From positions 6,065 to 70,064 of the forward strand of contig JBCQSY010000006.1 of NCBI GenBank assembly GCA_047178865.1: DNA of 64,000 nt. The letters are read 5' to 3'. The position numbers were made by a program, and so were the translations under genes. Below, piece by piece: positions 21,403-34,607 of the stretch (the first letter of the stretch is position 1; every line of letters begins with the position of its first letter). Origin of the DNA: Rikenellaceae bacterium. GTDB lineage: Bacteria; Bacteroidota; Bacteroidia; Bacteroidales; Rikenellaceae. The notes under the pieces were generated by a model that had not been told where the DNA came from, made no database searches, and worked only from the letters and a program-made list of their open reading frames with translations.

Positions 21403-23760
21403 GTGACGATGCCCAAGGGAGTATATAGAGTATTTATCCTAGCTGCGCTTGCGTGGATAGCGACTTCGTGTGGTGTAACACGTAATATTCCCCAGGGAGA
21501 GTACCTTCTTCAGAAGGTTAAAATCGAGAGTGATAGCACCCTACATCGCAATCCACATCAGATAAGCTCCTCGGTGCTCGATAGGTATGTTCGTCAAAGC
21601 CCCAACAAGAAGTTCTTCGGAACAAACCTCTATGTCTGGATATACAACTCGGCTAAACCCGACAAGAACAACGCTTGGAATCGACTCAAACGTCGCATGG
21701 GTGAAGCTCCTGTTATCTATAATGAGTCTCTCACGGAGCGAAGTGTCGATAATATCGAGACATTTATGCGTTCGCAGGGTTACTACTCAAATAGTGTTAG
21801 CTACTCGGTAGACACCACAAGTCGCGATAAACGTGCATACGTAACCTATAGAGTAACGCAGGGTGAACCATATATCATTAGCGACTACAGCTACCTCTAT
21901 CGAGACTCGACTCTTCGCAACATTATCGAGGCTGACACCGCTAATTCGCTGGTTCGAGTCGGAGAGCTATTCAACGCCACAATCCTTGATGCTGAGCGAG
22001 ATAGAGTTGCTACAATCTTGAGAAATAAGGGATACTTCAACTTCACGGTTAATAATATCGAGTATATCGCTGACACCCTCTCGCAGGGTAATAGGGTGAA
22101 ACTTCAGATGGTTGTAAAGCGTCATGTCGATGGATATGACTCGCAAGGTCGAGCCATAATCTCCGACAATAAAGCCTACGCTATCAATAGCGTCAATATC
22201 ATCCCCAACTTCGACCCCACTGTCATAATGAGCGATACATCATATCTTAGTCGTATCGACACGCTACAGTTCCGAGGTATGAATATTATCTACGAGGGGG
22301 ATAAACCAAATATTAGCGAGAATCTTCTACGTAAAATTGTCCCCATCAAGGAGCAGAGCCTCTACGATGCATCGACCGTAGAGCAGACATACAAAAACCT
22401 TATGTCGTTGGGATATTTCCGTAGCGCGCGTATCTCTTTTGTCGAAGATAAGGAGGTTGCGGCGGACTCGTTGACATTTCTTGGGGTGGAGTCGCCTCAT
22501 GGAGGGTTGGCTTGTAATATAATGTGTACTCCATCTCTTCGCCAAAGTTTCAATGTCGAGTTGGAGGGAAGTACAACATCTACATTCTACGGACTCTCTG
22601 CCACCATCGGTTACCAAAACAGAAACATATTCCGACGAGCTGAACTATTCGACGCCTCGGCGACCATCAGTAATGAGTTTATCAAGAGTTCATCATCCTC
22701 TCGAAACGCATATGAGTATGGATTCTCAACAGGACTATCCTTCCCTCGATTTATCATTCCATTTATGGATACCCAAAAGTTGGATGTTTCGCAACCTCAG
22801 TCTCGATTGGGTCTCTCGATAAACTACCAGGATAAACCATACTATAGGCGAACCCTGTCGAGTATCACATGGGACTACTCTTGGCGTAACAAATACTCCA
22901 GCTTTAGCCTGGCTCCGTTCAACATTAACTTTGTGAATATGGGCTACCTGAGCGAGGAGTTCGCAGAGTCACTTGAGAATATATATCTACAGGAGAGTTA
23001 CCAGAGTCAGCTTATCACGGGTCTATCTTTTGCCTATATCTACAACAATCAACCTGCGGACATTATGGGTAACGCCACAATGTTGCGTATCGGAGTCGAG
23101 AGTTCGGGTAACTTGGTCGATGGAGTGAGCAGGCTGGTGGCTCAAACACCTGAGAGTGGATATTACGATATATGGGGAGTGGAGTATGCACAATATATCC
23201 GTGCGGACTTCTCGCTGAGCCAGAAGATTATGCTCTCATCTAAAACCTCGCTAGCAGGTCGACTCTACGCAGGTTTGGGATGTACCTATGGTAACTCACA
23301 GGACAAACTTATGCCAGTCGATAGGCTCTTCTATGTGGGTGGTAGTAATAGTATGCGCGGTTGGGCTGCACGTACTCTAGGCCCTGGTTCAACTCCTGAA
23401 CCCGAAGATGTAGTATATCCATCACAGTTGGGAGATATGCGACTTGAAGCCAACCTCGAACTACGATTCCCAATATGGAACATACTCAATGGAACGGTAT
23501 TCTTCGACGCTGGTAATGTCTGGTATATACGCGATAGTGAGGATATCGACTCTAGCGGAGTCTTTAAATTCAATGAGTTCTACAAGCAGCTAGGATTCAA
23601 CACAGGAGTTGGTCTAAGACTCGATGTTCAATTTGTTATCCTCCGCCTCGACTGGGGATTACAACTCTACAATCCTAACCTAGAGGCGAGTCAACGATGG
23701 ATTGGATTCCCAAAATGGAAGTATAGCGCACTGAATTTCGGTGTGGGATATCCGTTCTAA
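21403..23760 (+). CDS. Omp85 family (TamA/BamA-like) outer-membrane lipoprotein
   Basis: Lipobox IATSC, POTRA-like N-terminal half, YVGGSNSMRGW, C-terminal NFGVGYPF. Confidence 0.9.
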   Translation: MTMPKGVYRVFILAALAWIATSCGVTRNIPQGEYLLQKVKIESDSTLHRNPHQISSSVLDRYVRQSPNKKFFGTNLYVWIYNSAKPDKNNAWNRLKRRMGEAPVIYNESLTERSVDNIETFMRSQGYYSNSVSYSVDTTSRDKRAYVTYRVTQGEPYIISDYSYLYRDSTLRNIIEADTANSLVRVGELFNATILDAERDRVATILRNKGYFNFTVNNIEYIADTLSQGNRVKLQMVVKRHVDGYDSQGRAIISDNKAYAINSVNIIPNFDPTVIMSDTSYLSRIDTLQFRGMNIIYEGDKPNISENLLRKIVPIKEQSLYDASTVEQTYKNLMSLGYFRSARISFVEDKEVAADSLTFLGVESPHGGLACNIMCTPSLRQSFNVELEGSTTSTFYGLSATIGYQNRNIFRRAELFDASATISNEFIKSSSSSRNAYEYGFSTGLSFPRFIIPFMDTQKLDVSQPQSRLGLSINYQDKPYYRRTLSSITWDYSWRNKYSSFSLAPFNINFVNMGYLSEEFAESLENIYLQESYQSQLITGLSFAYIYNNQPADIMGNATMLRIGVESSGNLVDGVSRLVAQTPESGYYDIWGVEYAQYIRADFSLSQKIMLSSKTSLAGRLYAGLGCTYGNSQDKLMPVDRLFYVGGSNSMRGWAARTLGPGSTPEPEDVVYPSQLGDMRLEANLELRFPIWNILNGTVFFDAGNVWYIRDSEDIDSSGVFKFNEFYKQLGFNTGVGLRLDVQFVILRLDWGLQLYNPNLEASQRWIGFPKWKYSALNFGVGYPF

Positions 23761-23780
23761 ATCAACAACAACTTATCGCA

Positions 23781-23850
23781 TTGCTGAGAACTACTGAGAA
23801 TTGCTGAGAAATAATTCTTAATTCTTAACTTATAATTCTTAATTCTCAAT
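23781..23850. repeat. Three 10-mer tandem repeats followed by a heptamer array
   Basis: TTGCTGAGAA CTACTGAGAA TTGCTGAGAA then ATAATTC TTAATTC TTAACTT ATAATTC TTAATTC. Confidence 0.75.
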
Positions 23851-23866
23851 CACCTATCCCACAACA

Positions 23867-23896
23867 AAATAGGCTATCCTTATGGATAGCCTATTT
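23867..23896. terminator. Probable bidirectional terminator between the Omp85 gene and rpoC
   Basis: AAATAGGCTATCC-TTAT-GGATAGCCTATTT, perfect 13 bp. Confidence 0.8.
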
Positions 23897-23936
23897 ACTT
23901 ATTTCAAACTAGAGAACCTCCCCCCCAGAGTTGCCT

Positions 23937-26900
23937 CTAGATTGGTGACTCGGTCTCAGCTTTCAAACCTACAACCAAGTTGTCATACTCGCGAAGTCCT
24001 GTTCCACCTGGGATAAGGTGTCCACAGATAACATTCTCCTTCAAGTTTGCCAATGGGTCAACCTTACCTTGGATTGCCGCCTCGTTAAGAACCTTAGTGG
24101 TCTCCTGGAACGATGCCGCAGAGATAAAGCTCGATGTCTGAAGTGCTGCACGTGTGATACCCTGAAGTATCTGGTTGCTTGTCGCTGGGACAATATCACG
24201 TACCTCAACCTCTCTCATATCACGACGTTTAAGTGAAGAGTTCTCATCACGAAGTTTACGAAGTGAGATAATCTGACCTGGCTCAACAGTTGTCGAGTCA
24301 CCCGCATCGGTAACAACTACCTTATCGTACAAATCATCATTTATATCAATGAACTCCCACTTGTCGATAATCTGATCCTCGAAGAAACGAGTATCACCTG
24401 GGTCGTTAATCTTCACACGATTCATCATCTGACGAACGATAACCTCGAAGTGTTTATCATTAATCTTCACACCCTGCATACGATATACCTCCTGCACCTC
24501 ATTTACGATATGCTCTTGGACACGTGTTGGGCCTAAGATATTTAGGATATCGGTAGGAGTGATTGCACCATCCGATAGTGGGTTACCCGCACGAACATAG
24601 TCATTCTCCTGAACGATAATCTGACGTGAAAGTGGCACTAGATATCTACGTACATCCCCATCTTTACTTGTGATGATAATCTCGCGATTACCACGCTTAA
24701 TCTTACCGAATGATACCTCTCCATCAATCTCCGAAACGATAGCTGGGTTCGATGGGTTACGAGCCTCGAATAGCTCAGTCACACGAGGAAGACCTCCGGT
24801 GATATCGCCTCCCGACTTACCTACGCTACGTGGAATCTTGATAATGATATCTCCCGCCTTAATCTTAGCTTTGTTATCAACGATAACGTGAGCCGTAACT
24901 GGAAGGTTATATGAGTTAATCTCGTCGCCATCCTTGGTTACAATCTTGATAACAGGGTTCTTAGTTCTATCCTTGCTCTCGATTACCACACGCTCCGAAA
25001 GACCAGTCTGCTCATCACGCTCCTCGCGATATGTGATACCCTCGATGATATTATCATACTGGATAACACCCGCGCTCTCGGCGATAATTACTGCGTTATA
25101 TGGATCCCACTCGCAAATCAAATCGCCCTTCTTGATAGCTGCTCCATCGTTAACGAATAGAGTCGTACCGTAAGGTAGCTGATGTGTGAATAGAACGATA
25201 TTTGTCTTTGGATCAACGATACGGAACTCCGACTGACGTGACACAACCAATGTTACACCACTCTTAGTCTGGATTGTACGCAAGTCATCAATCTCGATAG
25301 TACCCTCATATTTAGAGATAACGTTAGTCTCGATAGTTGAACCACCCGCAACACCACCGACGTGGAAGGTACGAAGAGTAAGCTGAGTTCCTGGCTCACC
25401 AATTGACTGAGCAGCGATAACTCCAACAACCTCACCCTTTTGAACCATACGAGCTGTTGCTAGGTTACGTCCGTAACATTTAGCACACACTCCACGACGA
25501 GACTCACAAGTAAGTACCGAACGAATCTCAACTGACTCCAATGGAGACTCCTCGATTACTGCCGCGATATCCTCGGTAATCTCATCACCTGCACCACATA
25601 TCAACTCACCTGTGATTGGGTGAATTACATCTAGAAGTGAGGTACGACCTACGATTCTATCGAATAGAGTCTGAACAACATCATCATTACGTTTGATAGC
25701 TGTAGCAGTCAAACCACGAAGTGTTCCACAATCCTCCTCGTTGATAATCACATCCTGAGCCACATCAACCAAACGACGTGTCAAGTAACCTGCATCGGCA
25801 GTTTTAAGTGCGGTATCGGCAAGACCCTTACGAGCACCGTGGGTTGAGATAAAGTACTCAAGCACCGATAGACCCTCCTTAAAGTTAGAAAGGATAGGGT
25901 TCTCGATAACCTGCTGTCCACCTTCAACACCCGACTTCTGAGGTTTCGCCATAAGACCACGCATACCCGATAGCTGACGAATCTGCTCTTTAGATCCACG
26001 TGCTCCAGAGTCGAGCATCATATATACTGGGTTAAATCCATCCTGATCTGCAATCAGAGTGTCGATAACCGTCTTTGTTAGCTTAGAGTTGATATTTGTC
26101 CAAACATCAATAATCTGGTTGTAACGCTCATTATTGGTGATAAGACCCATATTGTAATCATCCATGATGGCATCGGCACGCTCGTAACCCTCGGCTACAA
26201 GTTTCTCCTTCTCATCTGGGATAATCACAGCATCAAGGTTAAATGACAAACCACCCTTAAAGGCCATAAGATAACCCATTCCCTTGATATCATCGAGGAA
26301 CTTAGCAACCTTAGCCGCTCCCGCACGATTCATCACAACTGAGATGATATCACGCAATGAACGCTTAGTCAACACCTCATTGATATATCCTACCTCTTCA
26401 GGTACGAACTCGTTGAATAGGATACGTCCTACGGTTGTATCTTTAAGAACAGTTACTCTCTCACCTTCGCCGTTGATATCCTCTACCAAACACTTGATGT
26501 TGGCATGGAGAGCAACTTGCTTCTCGTTGTATGCAATGATAGCCTCTTCAGCTCCGTAGAATACAAGACCCTCACCCTTAGCTCCTGGGCGTGGTTTGGT
26601 GATATAGTATAGACCCAAGACCATATCCTGTGATGGTACGGTGATAGGTGCTCCATTGGCTGGGTTGAGGATATTGTGCGAACCCAACATCAACATCTGA
26701 GCCTCAAGGATAGCAGCATTACCCAATGGTAAGTGAACCGCCATCTGGTCACCATCAAAGTCGGCATTAAATGCGGTACATGCAAGTGGATGTAGCTGCA
26801 TTGCTTTACCCTCGATGAGCTTAGGTTGGAACGCCTGGATACCCAAACGGTGAAGAGTTGGGGCACGGTTCATCAACACTGGGTGACCCTTGATTACATT

Positions 26901-28175
26901 CTCCAAAATACCCCAGATAACTGGCTCTTTTCTATCTATAATCTTCTTAGCACTCTTTACAGTCTTAACGATTCCACGCTCGATTAGCTTGCGGATAACG
27001 AAAGGTTTGTACAACTCAGCCGCCATATCCTTAGGGATACCCATCTCGTGCATCTTCAGCTCAGGACCAACGACAATTACCGAACGAGCTGAGTAGTCAA
27101 CACGCTTACCTAGAAGGTTTTGACGGAAACGACCCTGCTTACCCTTCAACGAGTCAGAGAGCGACTTCAAAGGACGATTACTCTCGTTCTTCACCGCATT
27201 GCTCTTTCTTGAGTTGTCGAATAGTGAATCGACCGCCTCCTGCAACATACGCTTCTCGTTACGAAGGATAACCTCAGGAGCTTTAATCTCGATAAGGCGT
27301 TTTAGACGGTTGTTACGTATAATAACACGACGATACAAATCGTTCAAGTCCGAAGTTGCAAAACGACCTCCATCTAGAGGTACAAGTGGACGCAACTCAG
27401 GTGGAATAACTGGAAGAACAGTCAATACCATCCACTCAGGTTTATTACAACCATTCGATGCACGGAACGACTCGATTACGTTCAAACACTTCAAAGCCTC
27501 ACTCTTACGCTGTTGCGAGGTCTCGGTTGATGCTTTATGACGAAGTGAGTATGACATCTTGTCGAGCTGAACCTTCTGCAATAGAGCATAGACAGCCTCA
27601 GCACCCATCATCGCTACAAACTTCTCTGGGTCATCATCCGAAAGAGATTGATTACCCTTTGGAAGTGCATCTACGATATCTAGATACTCCTTCTCGGATA
27701 GTATCTGCAAAGGCTCAACACCCGAAAGAGCTGCTGCTCCAACGTTTACAACAACATATCTCTCGTAATATACGATAGACTCCAACTTCTTTGATGGAAT
27801 ACCCAAAAGGTAACCAATCTTAGAAGGAAGTGAGCGGAAATACCAGATGTGAACAACTGGTACAACAAGTGAAATGTGCCCCATACGCTCTCTACGTACC
27901 TTCTTCTCGGTAACCTCCACACCACATCTATCACAAACAATACCCTTATAACGAATGCGTTTATACTTACCACAGTGGCACTCGAAATCCTTGATAGGAC
28001 CAAAAATGCGCTCGCAGAATAGTCCATCCCTTTCAGGTTTGTACGTACGGTAGTTGATAGTCTCTGGCTTTAGAACCTCACCACTAGATTGTGCCTTAAT
28101 CTCCTCTGGAGAGGCCAAACCTATTGATATATTGCTATAACCACCCGTTGGTTTATTATCTCTATTAAATGACAT
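23937..28175 (-). CDS. rpoC: RNA polymerase beta' subunit
   Basis: [30 protein letters not shown]. Confidence 0.99.
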   Translation of the reverse strand: MSFNRDNKPTGGYSNISIGLASPEEIKAQSSGEVLKPETINYRTYKPERDGLFCERIFGPIKDFECHCGKYKRIRYKGIVCDRCGVEVTEKKVRRERMGHISLVVPVVHIWYFRSLPSKIGYLLGIPSKKLESIVYYERYVVVNVGAAALSGVEPLQILSEKEYLDIVDALPKGNQSLSDDDPEKFVAMMGAEAVYALLQKVQLDKMSYSLRHKASTETSQQRKSEALKCLNVIESFRASNGCNKPEWMVLTVLPVIPPELRPLVPLDGGRFATSDLNDLYRRVIIRNNRLKRLIEIKAPEVILRNEKRMLQEAVDSLFDNSRKSNAVKNESNRPLKSLSDSLKGKQGRFRQNLLGKRVDYSARSVIVVGPELKMHEMGIPKDMAAELYKPFVIRKLIERGIVKTVKSAKKIIDRKEPVIWGILENVIKGHPVLMNRAPTLHRLGIQAFQPKLIEGKAMQLHPLACTAFNADFDGDQMAVHLPLGNAAILEAQMLMLGSHNILNPANGAPITVPSQDMVLGLYYITKPRPGAKGEGLVFYGAEEAIIAYNEKQVALHANIKCLVEDINGEGERVTVLKDTTVGRILFNEFVPEEVGYINEVLTKRSLRDIISVVMNRAGAAKVAKFLDDIKGMGYLMAFKGGLSFNLDAVIIPDEKEKLVAEGYERADAIMDDYNMGLITNNERYNQIIDVWTNINSKLTKTVIDTLIADQDGFNPVYMMLDSGARGSKEQIRQLSGMRGLMAKPQKSGVEGGQQVIENPILSNFKEGLSVLEYFISTHGARKGLADTALKTADAGYLTRRLVDVAQDVIINEEDCGTLRGLTATAIKRNDDVVQTLFDRIVGRTSLLDVIHPITGELICGAGDEITEDIAAVIEESPLESVEIRSVLTCESRRGVCAKCYGRNLATARMVQKGEVVGVIAAQSIGEPGTQLTLRTFHVGGVAGGSTIETNVISKYEGTIEIDDLRTIQTKSGVTLVVSRQSEFRIVDPKTNIVLFTHQLPYGTTLFVNDGAAIKKGDLICEWDPYNAVIIAESAGVIQYDNIIEGITYREERDEQTGLSERVVIESKDRTKNPVIKIVTKDGDEINSYNLPVTAHVIVDNKAKIKAGDIIIKIPRSVGKSGGDITGGLPRVTELFEARNPSNPAIVSEIDGEVSFGKIKRGNREIIITSKDGDVRRYLVPLSRQIIVQENDYVRAGNPLSDGAITPTDILNILGPTRVQEHIVNEVQEVYRMQGVKINDKHFEVIVRQMMNRVKINDPGDTRFFEDQIIDKWEFIDINDDLYDKVVVTDAGDSTTVEPGQIISLRKLRDENSSLKRRDMREVEVRDIVPATSNQILQGITRAALQTSSFISAASFQETTKVLNEAAIQGKVDPLANLKENVICGHLIPGGTGLREYDNLVVGLKAETESPI

Positions 28176-28277
28176 AATATATATTTTTTTATCTCTAATA
28201 ATCTGTTAAGCTACACTCTCCAGAGAGGCGAAACACCTACTCCGAATGAGTATATTGGAGTTATTAACGCCTATCTC

Positions 28278-31200
28278 TTACTCAAGTTTTACCGAAAGTG
28301 CCAAACCGCGCAACTCATGAAGAAGTACATTCATCGCCTCAGGGATACCTGGTTTTGGTAGGTTATCTCCCTTAACGATAGCCTCATAAGCCTTCGCACG
28401 ACCTGTTACATCATCACTCTTGATTGTCAAAATCTCCTGTAGGATGTTGGCTGCACCGAAACCTTCGAGTGCCCAAACCTCCATCTCTCCGAAACGCTGA
28501 CCACCGAACTGAGCCTTACCACCGAGTGGCTGCTGAGTAATAAGCGAGTATGGTCCAATAGAACGAGCATGCATCTTATCGTCAATCATGTGACCGAGTT
28601 TAAGCATATATGTCACACCCACTGTCGCAGGTTGATCAAAACGCTCTCCCGTTCCTCCATCATAGAGATAAGTACGTCCACTACGTGGGATACCTGCCTC
28701 CTTGGTGAGTTCGTTAATCTGCTCTAGAGATGCTCCGTCGAAGATAGGTGTAGCGAACTTAACGCCCAACTCACGACCTGCCCATCCAAGAACAGCCTCA
28801 TATATCTGACCCAAGTTCATACGCGATGGTACACCTAGTGGGTTCAAACAGATATCAACGATTGATCCATCCTCCAAGAATGGCATATCCTCATCACGTA
28901 CGATTTTGGCAACGATACCCTTATTTCCGTGTCGTCCCGCCATCTTATCTCCAACCTTGAGCTTACGTTTCTTAGCGATATATACCTTAGCTAGCTTGAT
29001 AACGCCGCTCTGAAGCAACTCATCACCATTAGTTAAGTTATACTTCTCACGCTTGATTAGAGCATCGGCACGTTTCCACTCCATCGAGTAGTTATTGATT
29101 GTACGAGTGATAAGGACATTTGTCGCCTCATCCTTAGTCCAATTATACTCTGTTAGGTTAAGGTAACCAATCGCAGCTCCCGTCTTTTCGTCAACGGCGA
29201 TGCGTGAAATCTCTTCGAGAACCTTACGTGTGATTTTTGTTCCTGGTGCGAATAGCTCAACTCCGAAGTAGTCGTAGATACCCTCCGAGATAGTGTCGCC
29301 CAACAACTCCTCCAACTTATCAACAAGAAGAGTAGTTAAAGAGGCTGCCTGCTCGGCAAATTTCATATCCATCTTTTCGAGTAGAGCATTCTCGGCACTC
29401 TTACCTCTCTTACCATCCTTAATAGCACGGCTGTAGAGTTTAGTGTCAACAACAACTCCGTGTAGAGATGGTTGAGCCTTCATTGAGGCATCCTTAACAT
29501 CTCCCGCTTTATCACCGAAGATAGCACGCAAGAGTTTCTCTTCTGGTGAAGGATCGCTCTCTCCCTTAGGGGTGATTTTACCTATAAGTATATCTCCAGG
29601 GTGGATATTAGCTCCAACTCTAACGATTCCATTCTCATCAAGGTCGCGTGTTGCCTCCTCGCTAACGTTAGGGATATCACTTGTTAGCTCCTCAACACCA
29701 CGTTTAGTGTCACGAACCTCCATGATATACTCATCAACGTGAACAGATGTGAATACATCCTCGCGTTGAATACGCTCCGAGATAACAATCGCATCCTCGA
29801 AGTTGTAACCCTTCCAAGGCATATATGCAACCTTAAGGTTCTTACCCAATGCCAACTCACCAGCTTGTGTTGAGTAACCCTCGGTTAGAATCTGTCCCTT
29901 AGTGACTCTCTCACCTGCGAATACGATAGGTTTCAAAGTCACCGAAGTGTTCTGGTTGGTACGACGGTAACGTGGTAGTTTATATGTTGTAACCTCTGGT
30001 GAGAATGAAGAGATAATATCCTCACGTGTGCGGTCATACTTAACCTCGACAGTGAAGGCATCAGAGTAAACAACCTCTCCATCACCTTCTGCCACAACCT
30101 GAATACGGCTATCGATAATCAAATCCTTCTCGATACCTGTTCCAACGATTGGTGCTTCGGTCACTACCAATGGTACTGCCTGGCGCATCATGTTAGAACC
30201 CATCAACGCACGGTTGGCATCATCATGCTCCAAGAATGGAATAAGCGATGCGGCAATCGACGCAATCTGGTTTGGGGCAACATCCATCAAATCAAGTCCT
30301 GTGGCACTAACCACCGGAACATCAGCTCCTTGACGAGCCTTGATACGCTCTGGGTTGACAAAGTTACCAGCATCGTCGATGCTCATATTTGCCTGAGCTA
30401 CAACCATATCCTCCTCCTCTTCGGCTGAGTAATATTTGATGTGGCTATTATCCATATCGATAACTCCCTCATTTACCTTACGGTAAGGAGTCTCGATGAA
30501 TCCCATAGGTGAAATCTTTGCGTACATACACAACGACGAAATAAGACCGATGTTTGGTCCCTCAGGAGACTCAATCGGACATAGACGACCGTAGTGTGTG
30601 TAGTGTACGTCACGAACCTCGAAACCTGCTCTATCACGTGAAAGACCACCAGGACCAAGTGCCGATAGACGACGCTTGTGGGTAATCTCCGCTAGAGGGT
30701 TAATTTGGTCCATAAACTGTGATAGCTGAGAAGTTCCGAAGAATGAGTTGATAACGCTCGACAAGGTCTTCGCATTAATCAAATCAATTGGAGTAAATAT
30801 CTCATTATCACGAACATTCATTCTCTCACGAATAGTTCGTGCCATACGAACAAATCCAACAGAGAATTGATTCGACAACTGCTCACCAACTGTACGAACA
30901 CGACGATTCGAAAGGTGGTCGATATCATCTACCTCCGCCTTTGAGTTGATAAGTTGTATCAAATACTTTATGATAGCGATGATATCCTCACGTGTTAGCG
31001 TGCGAACCTCATCGGATGTATCCAATTCAAGTTTTTTGTTAATTCGGTAACGACCTACGCCGCCCAAATCATAACGCTTATCAGAGAAGAACAACTTGTC
31101 GATTACGTCACGAGCCGTAGCCTCATCTGGTGGCTCAGACGCACGTAGCTGTCTATAGATATAGACCACAGCCTCCTTCTCGGAGTTACATGGGTCCTTC

Positions 31201-32138
31201 TGAAGCGTGTTATATATAATAGAGTAGTCGATACCCGACAAATTCTCGTTATGTAGAAGAATTGTCTTAACACCACTCTCCAAGATAGCCTCAATATGGC
31301 TCTCTTCAAGAATAGTCTCACGATCTACAATTATATTGTTACGCTCAATAGATACTACCTCACCGGTATCCTCATCCACAAAGTCCTCGACCCAAGTAGA
31401 TAGAACACGCGCAGCAAGAGTGCGACCTATTGATTTTTTAAGGTTTGTCTTGTTAACCTTTAGCTCATCTGCAAGATTAAAAATCTCTAAAATCTGCTGG
31501 TCTGCCTCATATCCAATAGCACGTAGAAGAGTAGTTACAGGTAACTTCTTCTTACGGTCGATGTAGGCATACATCACATTGTTGATATCCGTTGCAAACT
31601 CAATCCATGAACCCTTGAATGGGATGATACGAGCTGAGTATAACTTAGTACCATTGGTGTGGGTACTCTGTCCGAAGAATACACCTGGTGAACGGTGAAG
31701 CTGAGAGACGATAACACGCTCCGCTCCATTGATCACAAATGTACCTCGCTCGGTCATGTATGGTATGGTTCCAAAGTAGACATCCTGAACAACTACATCG
31801 AAATCTTCGTGCTCAGCATCTGTACAATAGAGCTTAAGTTTAGCCTTCAATGGCACACTATATGTCAAACCCCTATCCAAACACTCATCAATGGTGTAGC
31901 GAGGTGGATCGATATAGTAGTCAATGAACTCTAGAACGAAGTTGTTTCGGGTATCTGTAATTGGGAAATTCTCCTGAAAAACACGATATAGCCCCTCGTT
32001 TCTACGCTTTTCAGCGGTTGTATCCATCTGAAAGAAGTCTCTAAAAGATTTCAACTGAATCTCCAAGAGATCAGGATATGGCACCTGATTTTTTATCGTA
32101 GAGAAGCTCTCTCTGTTATTTTTGATTATTGTGGACAT
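28278..32138 (-). CDS. rpoB: RNA polymerase beta subunit
   Basis: [32 protein letters not shown]. Start moved to ATG 32138. Confidence 0.99.
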   Translation of the reverse strand: MSTIIKNNRESFSTIKNQVPYPDLLEIQLKSFRDFFQMDTTAEKRRNEGLYRVFQENFPITDTRNNFVLEFIDYYIDPPRYTIDECLDRGLTYSVPLKAKLKLYCTDAEHEDFDVVVQDVYFGTIPYMTERGTFVINGAERVIVSQLHRSPGVFFGQSTHTNGTKLYSARIIPFKGSWIEFATDINNVMYAYIDRKKKLPVTTLLRAIGYEADQQILEIFNLADELKVNKTNLKKSIGRTLAARVLSTWVEDFVDEDTGEVVSIERNNIIVDRETILEESHIEAILESGVKTILLHNENLSGIDYSIIYNTLQKDPCNSEKEAVVYIYRQLRASEPPDEATARDVIDKLFFSDKRYDLGGVGRYRINKKLELDTSDEVRTLTREDIIAIIKYLIQLINSKAEVDDIDHLSNRRVRTVGEQLSNQFSVGFVRMARTIRERMNVRDNEIFTPIDLINAKTLSSVINSFFGTSQLSQFMDQINPLAEITHKRRLSALGPGGLSRDRAGFEVRDVHYTHYGRLCPIESPEGPNIGLISSLCMYAKISPMGFIETPYRKVNEGVIDMDNSHIKYYSAEEEEDMVVAQANMSIDDAGNFVNPERIKARQGADVPVVSATGLDLMDVAPNQIASIAASLIPFLEHDDANRALMGSNMMRQAVPLVVTEAPIVGTGIEKDLIIDSRIQVVAEGDGEVVYSDAFTVEVKYDRTREDIISSFSPEVTTYKLPRYRRTNQNTSVTLKPIVFAGERVTKGQILTEGYSTQAGELALGKNLKVAYMPWKGYNFEDAIVISERIQREDVFTSVHVDEYIMEVRDTKRGVEELTSDIPNVSEEATRDLDENGIVRVGANIHPGDILIGKITPKGESDPSPEEKLLRAIFGDKAGDVKDASMKAQPSLHGVVVDTKLYSRAIKDGKRGKSAENALLEKMDMKFAEQAASLTTLLVDKLEELLGDTISEGIYDYFGVELFAPGTKITRKVLEEISRIAVDEKTGAAIGYLNLTEYNWTKDEATNVLITRTINNYSMEWKRADALIKREKYNLTNGDELLQSGVIKLAKVYIAKKRKLKVGDKMAGRHGNKGIVAKIVRDEDMPFLEDGSIVDICLNPLGVPSRMNLGQIYEAVLGWAGRELGVKFATPIFDGASLEQINELTKEAGIPRSGRTYLYDGGTGERFDQPATVGVTYMLKLGHMIDDKMHARSIGPYSLITQQPLGGKAQFGGQRFGEMEVWALEGFGAANILQEILTIKSDDVTGRAKAYEAIVKGDNLPKPGIPEAMNVLLHELRGLALSVKLE

Positions 32139-32372
32139 CGGCTTAATCCAGTATTTAGTTGATCTTGTTTTATGCTCACGCAACTCACATTTGAGATAGT
32201 TATTTGTCGACTACTCCACTCCTTTCCCTCCTCCACGAGTCCCTATAACAGAAGCTCACATCACCCTCACAGTAAGGAGTTTACACAGAATAGTCACCCA
32301 TCAACAAGCCCAGAACTATCTCAGTTTCTGAACCCTCTGGGTGTGTGGTAAATACCACTAAATACACTTAGA

Positions 32373-32417
32373 CGACAAAAGGCATAGAGCTTAAATAAGC
32401 TCTATACCTGCTTGTCG
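32373..32417 (-). terminator. Attenuator-like hairpin between rplL and rpoB
   Basis: AGGTATAGAGCTT-ATTT-AAGCTCTATGCCT followed by TTTGTC. Confidence 0.7.
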
Positions 32418-32431
32418 AAGTGCTATAAGAA

Positions 32432-32806
32432 TTACTTAAGCTCAACCTCAGCTCCAGCCTCTTCCAAAGACGCTTTAAGTGCCTCAGCCTCCTCTTTAGA
32501 TACTCCCTCTTTAACTGCTTTAGGAGCACCATCAACCAATGCCTTAGCATCGCCTAGAGATAGACCAGCTGCCTCTTTAACAGCCTTGATTACTTGAAGC
32601 TTAGCTTGACCTGCGCTTACCAAAACTACATCGAATGAAGTCTTCTCTGCTGCTGCTGCCTCGCCTGCTGCTGGAGCTGCTGCTACAGCTACTGCTGCTG
32701 CTGCTGGCTCGATACCATACTCATCTTTAAGAATTGTTGCCAACTCGCTAACTTCCTTAACTGTCAAATTTACTAATTCTTCAGCCAATTTCTTTACATC
32801 TGCCAT
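32432..32806 (-). CDS. rplL: 50S ribosomal protein L7/L12
   Basis: [12 protein letters not shown], Ala-rich hinge, [16 protein letters not shown]. Confidence 0.98.
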   Translation of the reverse strand: MADVKKLAEELVNLTVKEVSELATILKDEYGIEPAAAAVAVAAAPAAGEAAAAEKTSFDVVLVSAGQAKLQVIKAVKEAAGLSLGDAKALVDGAPKAVKEGVSKEEAEALKASLEEAGAEVELK

Positions 32807-32907
32807 AGTTGTAATTGTATTTTAAAATTTTGTTTTTGTTTTTGTTTTTCCTTACTCTTCAACCTATCCACTCAATTCTAAGGGATGAGGTCTCTAAGCA
32901 GTTCTAC

Positions 32908-33429
32908 TTAATTGCGCTCTTCGAGTGCTTTTACGATACCAGCAACCTTCTGACCAGCTGATCCCTGAAGTGCAGAGATAACATTCTTGGCTGGAGATTG
33001 AAGCAACGAAATAACGTCTCCGATAAGCTCCTCTTTGCTCTTGATTGCACATAGAGCATCGAGTTGATTGTCACCTACGTAAACCGCACCCTCAGCGAAA
33101 GCCGCCTTGATGATTGGTTTGTCGCATCCCTTGCGGAACTCCTTGATAAGTACCGCTGGAGCTTTTGCATTTTGTGACAACATAATTGATGTTGGACCCT
33201 CCAACACCGCTAGTAAATCAGCATCTGCTAACTCAACCTTCTCAAGAGCCTTTGTCAAAAGTGTGTTCTTAACGACGATAAGTTTAACGTCACTCTCGAA
33301 ACACTTACGACGAAGTGATGCAGTTTGATCTGCATTCAACGCCTCGATATTAGTGATATAGAAGTGGGGATATGCAGTGAGTTCACCAGCAAGAACCTCA
33401 ATGAGGGCTGTTTTTTCCTGTTTTGTCAT
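32908..33429 (-). CDS. rplJ: 50S ribosomal protein L10
   Basis: LRRKCF, VVKNTLL, LLQSPAKNV; operon position. Confidence 0.97.
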   Translation of the reverse strand: MTKQEKTALIEVLAGELTAYPHFYITNIEALNADQTASLRRKCFESDVKLIVVKNTLLTKALEKVELADADLLAVLEGPTSIMLSQNAKAPAVLIKEFRKGCDKPIIKAAFAEGAVYVGDNQLDALCAIKSKEELIGDVISLLQSPAKNVISALQGSAGQKVAGIVKALEERN

Positions 33430-33443
33430 CTTTATCCTCCTAC

Positions 33444-34142
33444 TTATTTAGTTTCTACTGATTTTACATCAATCTGCAAACCTGGGCTCATAGATGTTGA
33501 GAGGAATACACTCTTAACATAAGTTCCCTTAGCTGCAGAAGGTTTCAACTTGATGATTGTACCCAACACCTCTTTTACGTTGTCGAGAATCTGCTCTGGT
33601 GAGAACGAGATACGACCAACGGTAGTGTGTACAATACCATACTTGTCAACCTTGAAGTCAATCTTACCTGCCTTAACCTCTTCAACAGCCTTAGCTACAT
33701 CCATTGTAACTGTACCTGTCTTAGGGTTTGGCATCAAACCTCTAGGACCTAGAATACGTCCTAGTGCTCCTACTTTACCCATAACGTTTGGTGTAGTGAT
33801 GATAACATCAACATCAGTCCATCCTGATTTGATTTTATCAACATACTCATCCAACCCTACAAAGTCTGCGCCTGCAGCCTTTGCCTCAGCCTCCTTCTCA
33901 GGTGTACAAAGTACAAGAACTCTTGTAACTTTACCTGTACCGTGAGGAAGTGTCACAACGCCACGAACCATCTGGTTCGCTTTACGTGGATCAACACCTA
34001 GACGTACATCGACATCTACCGATGCGTCGAACTTCGTAAAGGTAATCTCCTTGAGAAGAGCTGCTGCCTCTGATAGTTTGTACGCCTTGTCAGACTCAAC
34101 TTTCGAGAGTGCAATTTTCTGATTTTTTGTCAACTTACTCAT
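33444..34142 (-). CDS. rplA: 50S ribosomal protein L1
   Basis: [30 protein letters not shown]. Confidence 0.98.
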   Translation of the reverse strand: MSKLTKNQKIALSKVESDKAYKLSEAAALLKEITFTKFDASVDVDVRLGVDPRKANQMVRGVVTLPHGTGKVTRVLVLCTPEKEAEAKAAGADFVGLDEYVDKIKSGWTDVDVIITTPNVMGKVGALGRILGPRGLMPNPKTGTVTMDVAKAVEEVKAGKIDFKVDKYGIVHTTVGRISFSPEQILDNVKEVLGTIIKLKPSAAKGTYVKSVFLSTSMSPGLQIDVKSVETK

Positions 34143-34150
34143 CTTGTTAA

Positions 34151-34591
34151 TTACGCTTTTGGAAATTCGCCAACTACGTTGATACCCATACTGCGAGCAG
34201 TACCAGCTACCATCTTCATCGCCGCCTCTATTGTGAAACAGTTCATATCAGACATCTTGTCTTGGGCGATAGCTTGTACCTGCTCCCAAGTCACCTCACC
34301 AACCTTTGTACGGTTTGGTTGAGCTGAACCAGACTTGATTTTCGCTGCATCCTTGAGTTGAATGGCTACGGGTGGTTGTTTAATTACAAAGTCGAAAGAC
34401 TTATCGCTGTAAACTGTGATGATGACCGGAAGAACCTTACCTGCCTTATCCTGTGTGCGAGCATTGAACTGCTTACAGAAGTCCATAATATTGACTCCTT
34501 TAGAACCCAACGCTGGACCCACTGGGGGTGAAGGATTGGCGGCACCACCTTTGATCTGCAATTTAATAAATGCAGCAACCTCTTTTGCCAT
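34151..34591 (-). CDS. rplK: 50S ribosomal protein L11
   Basis: [22 protein letters not shown]. Confidence 0.98.
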   Translation of the reverse strand: MAKEVAAFIKLQIKGGAANPSPPVGPALGSKGVNIMDFCKQFNARTQDKAGKVLPVIITVYSDKSFDFVIKQPPVAIQLKDAAKIKSGSAQPNRTKVGEVTWEQVQAIAQDKMSDMNCFTIEAAMKMVAGTARSMGINVVGEFPKA

Positions 34592-34607
34592 AATTTTCCT
34601 TGGTTAA

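Noticed and set aside
23781-23850. Short repeats or the 42309-42392 element as a CRISPR array
   Set aside because: No repeat-spacer periodicity of CRISPR size and no cas genes.
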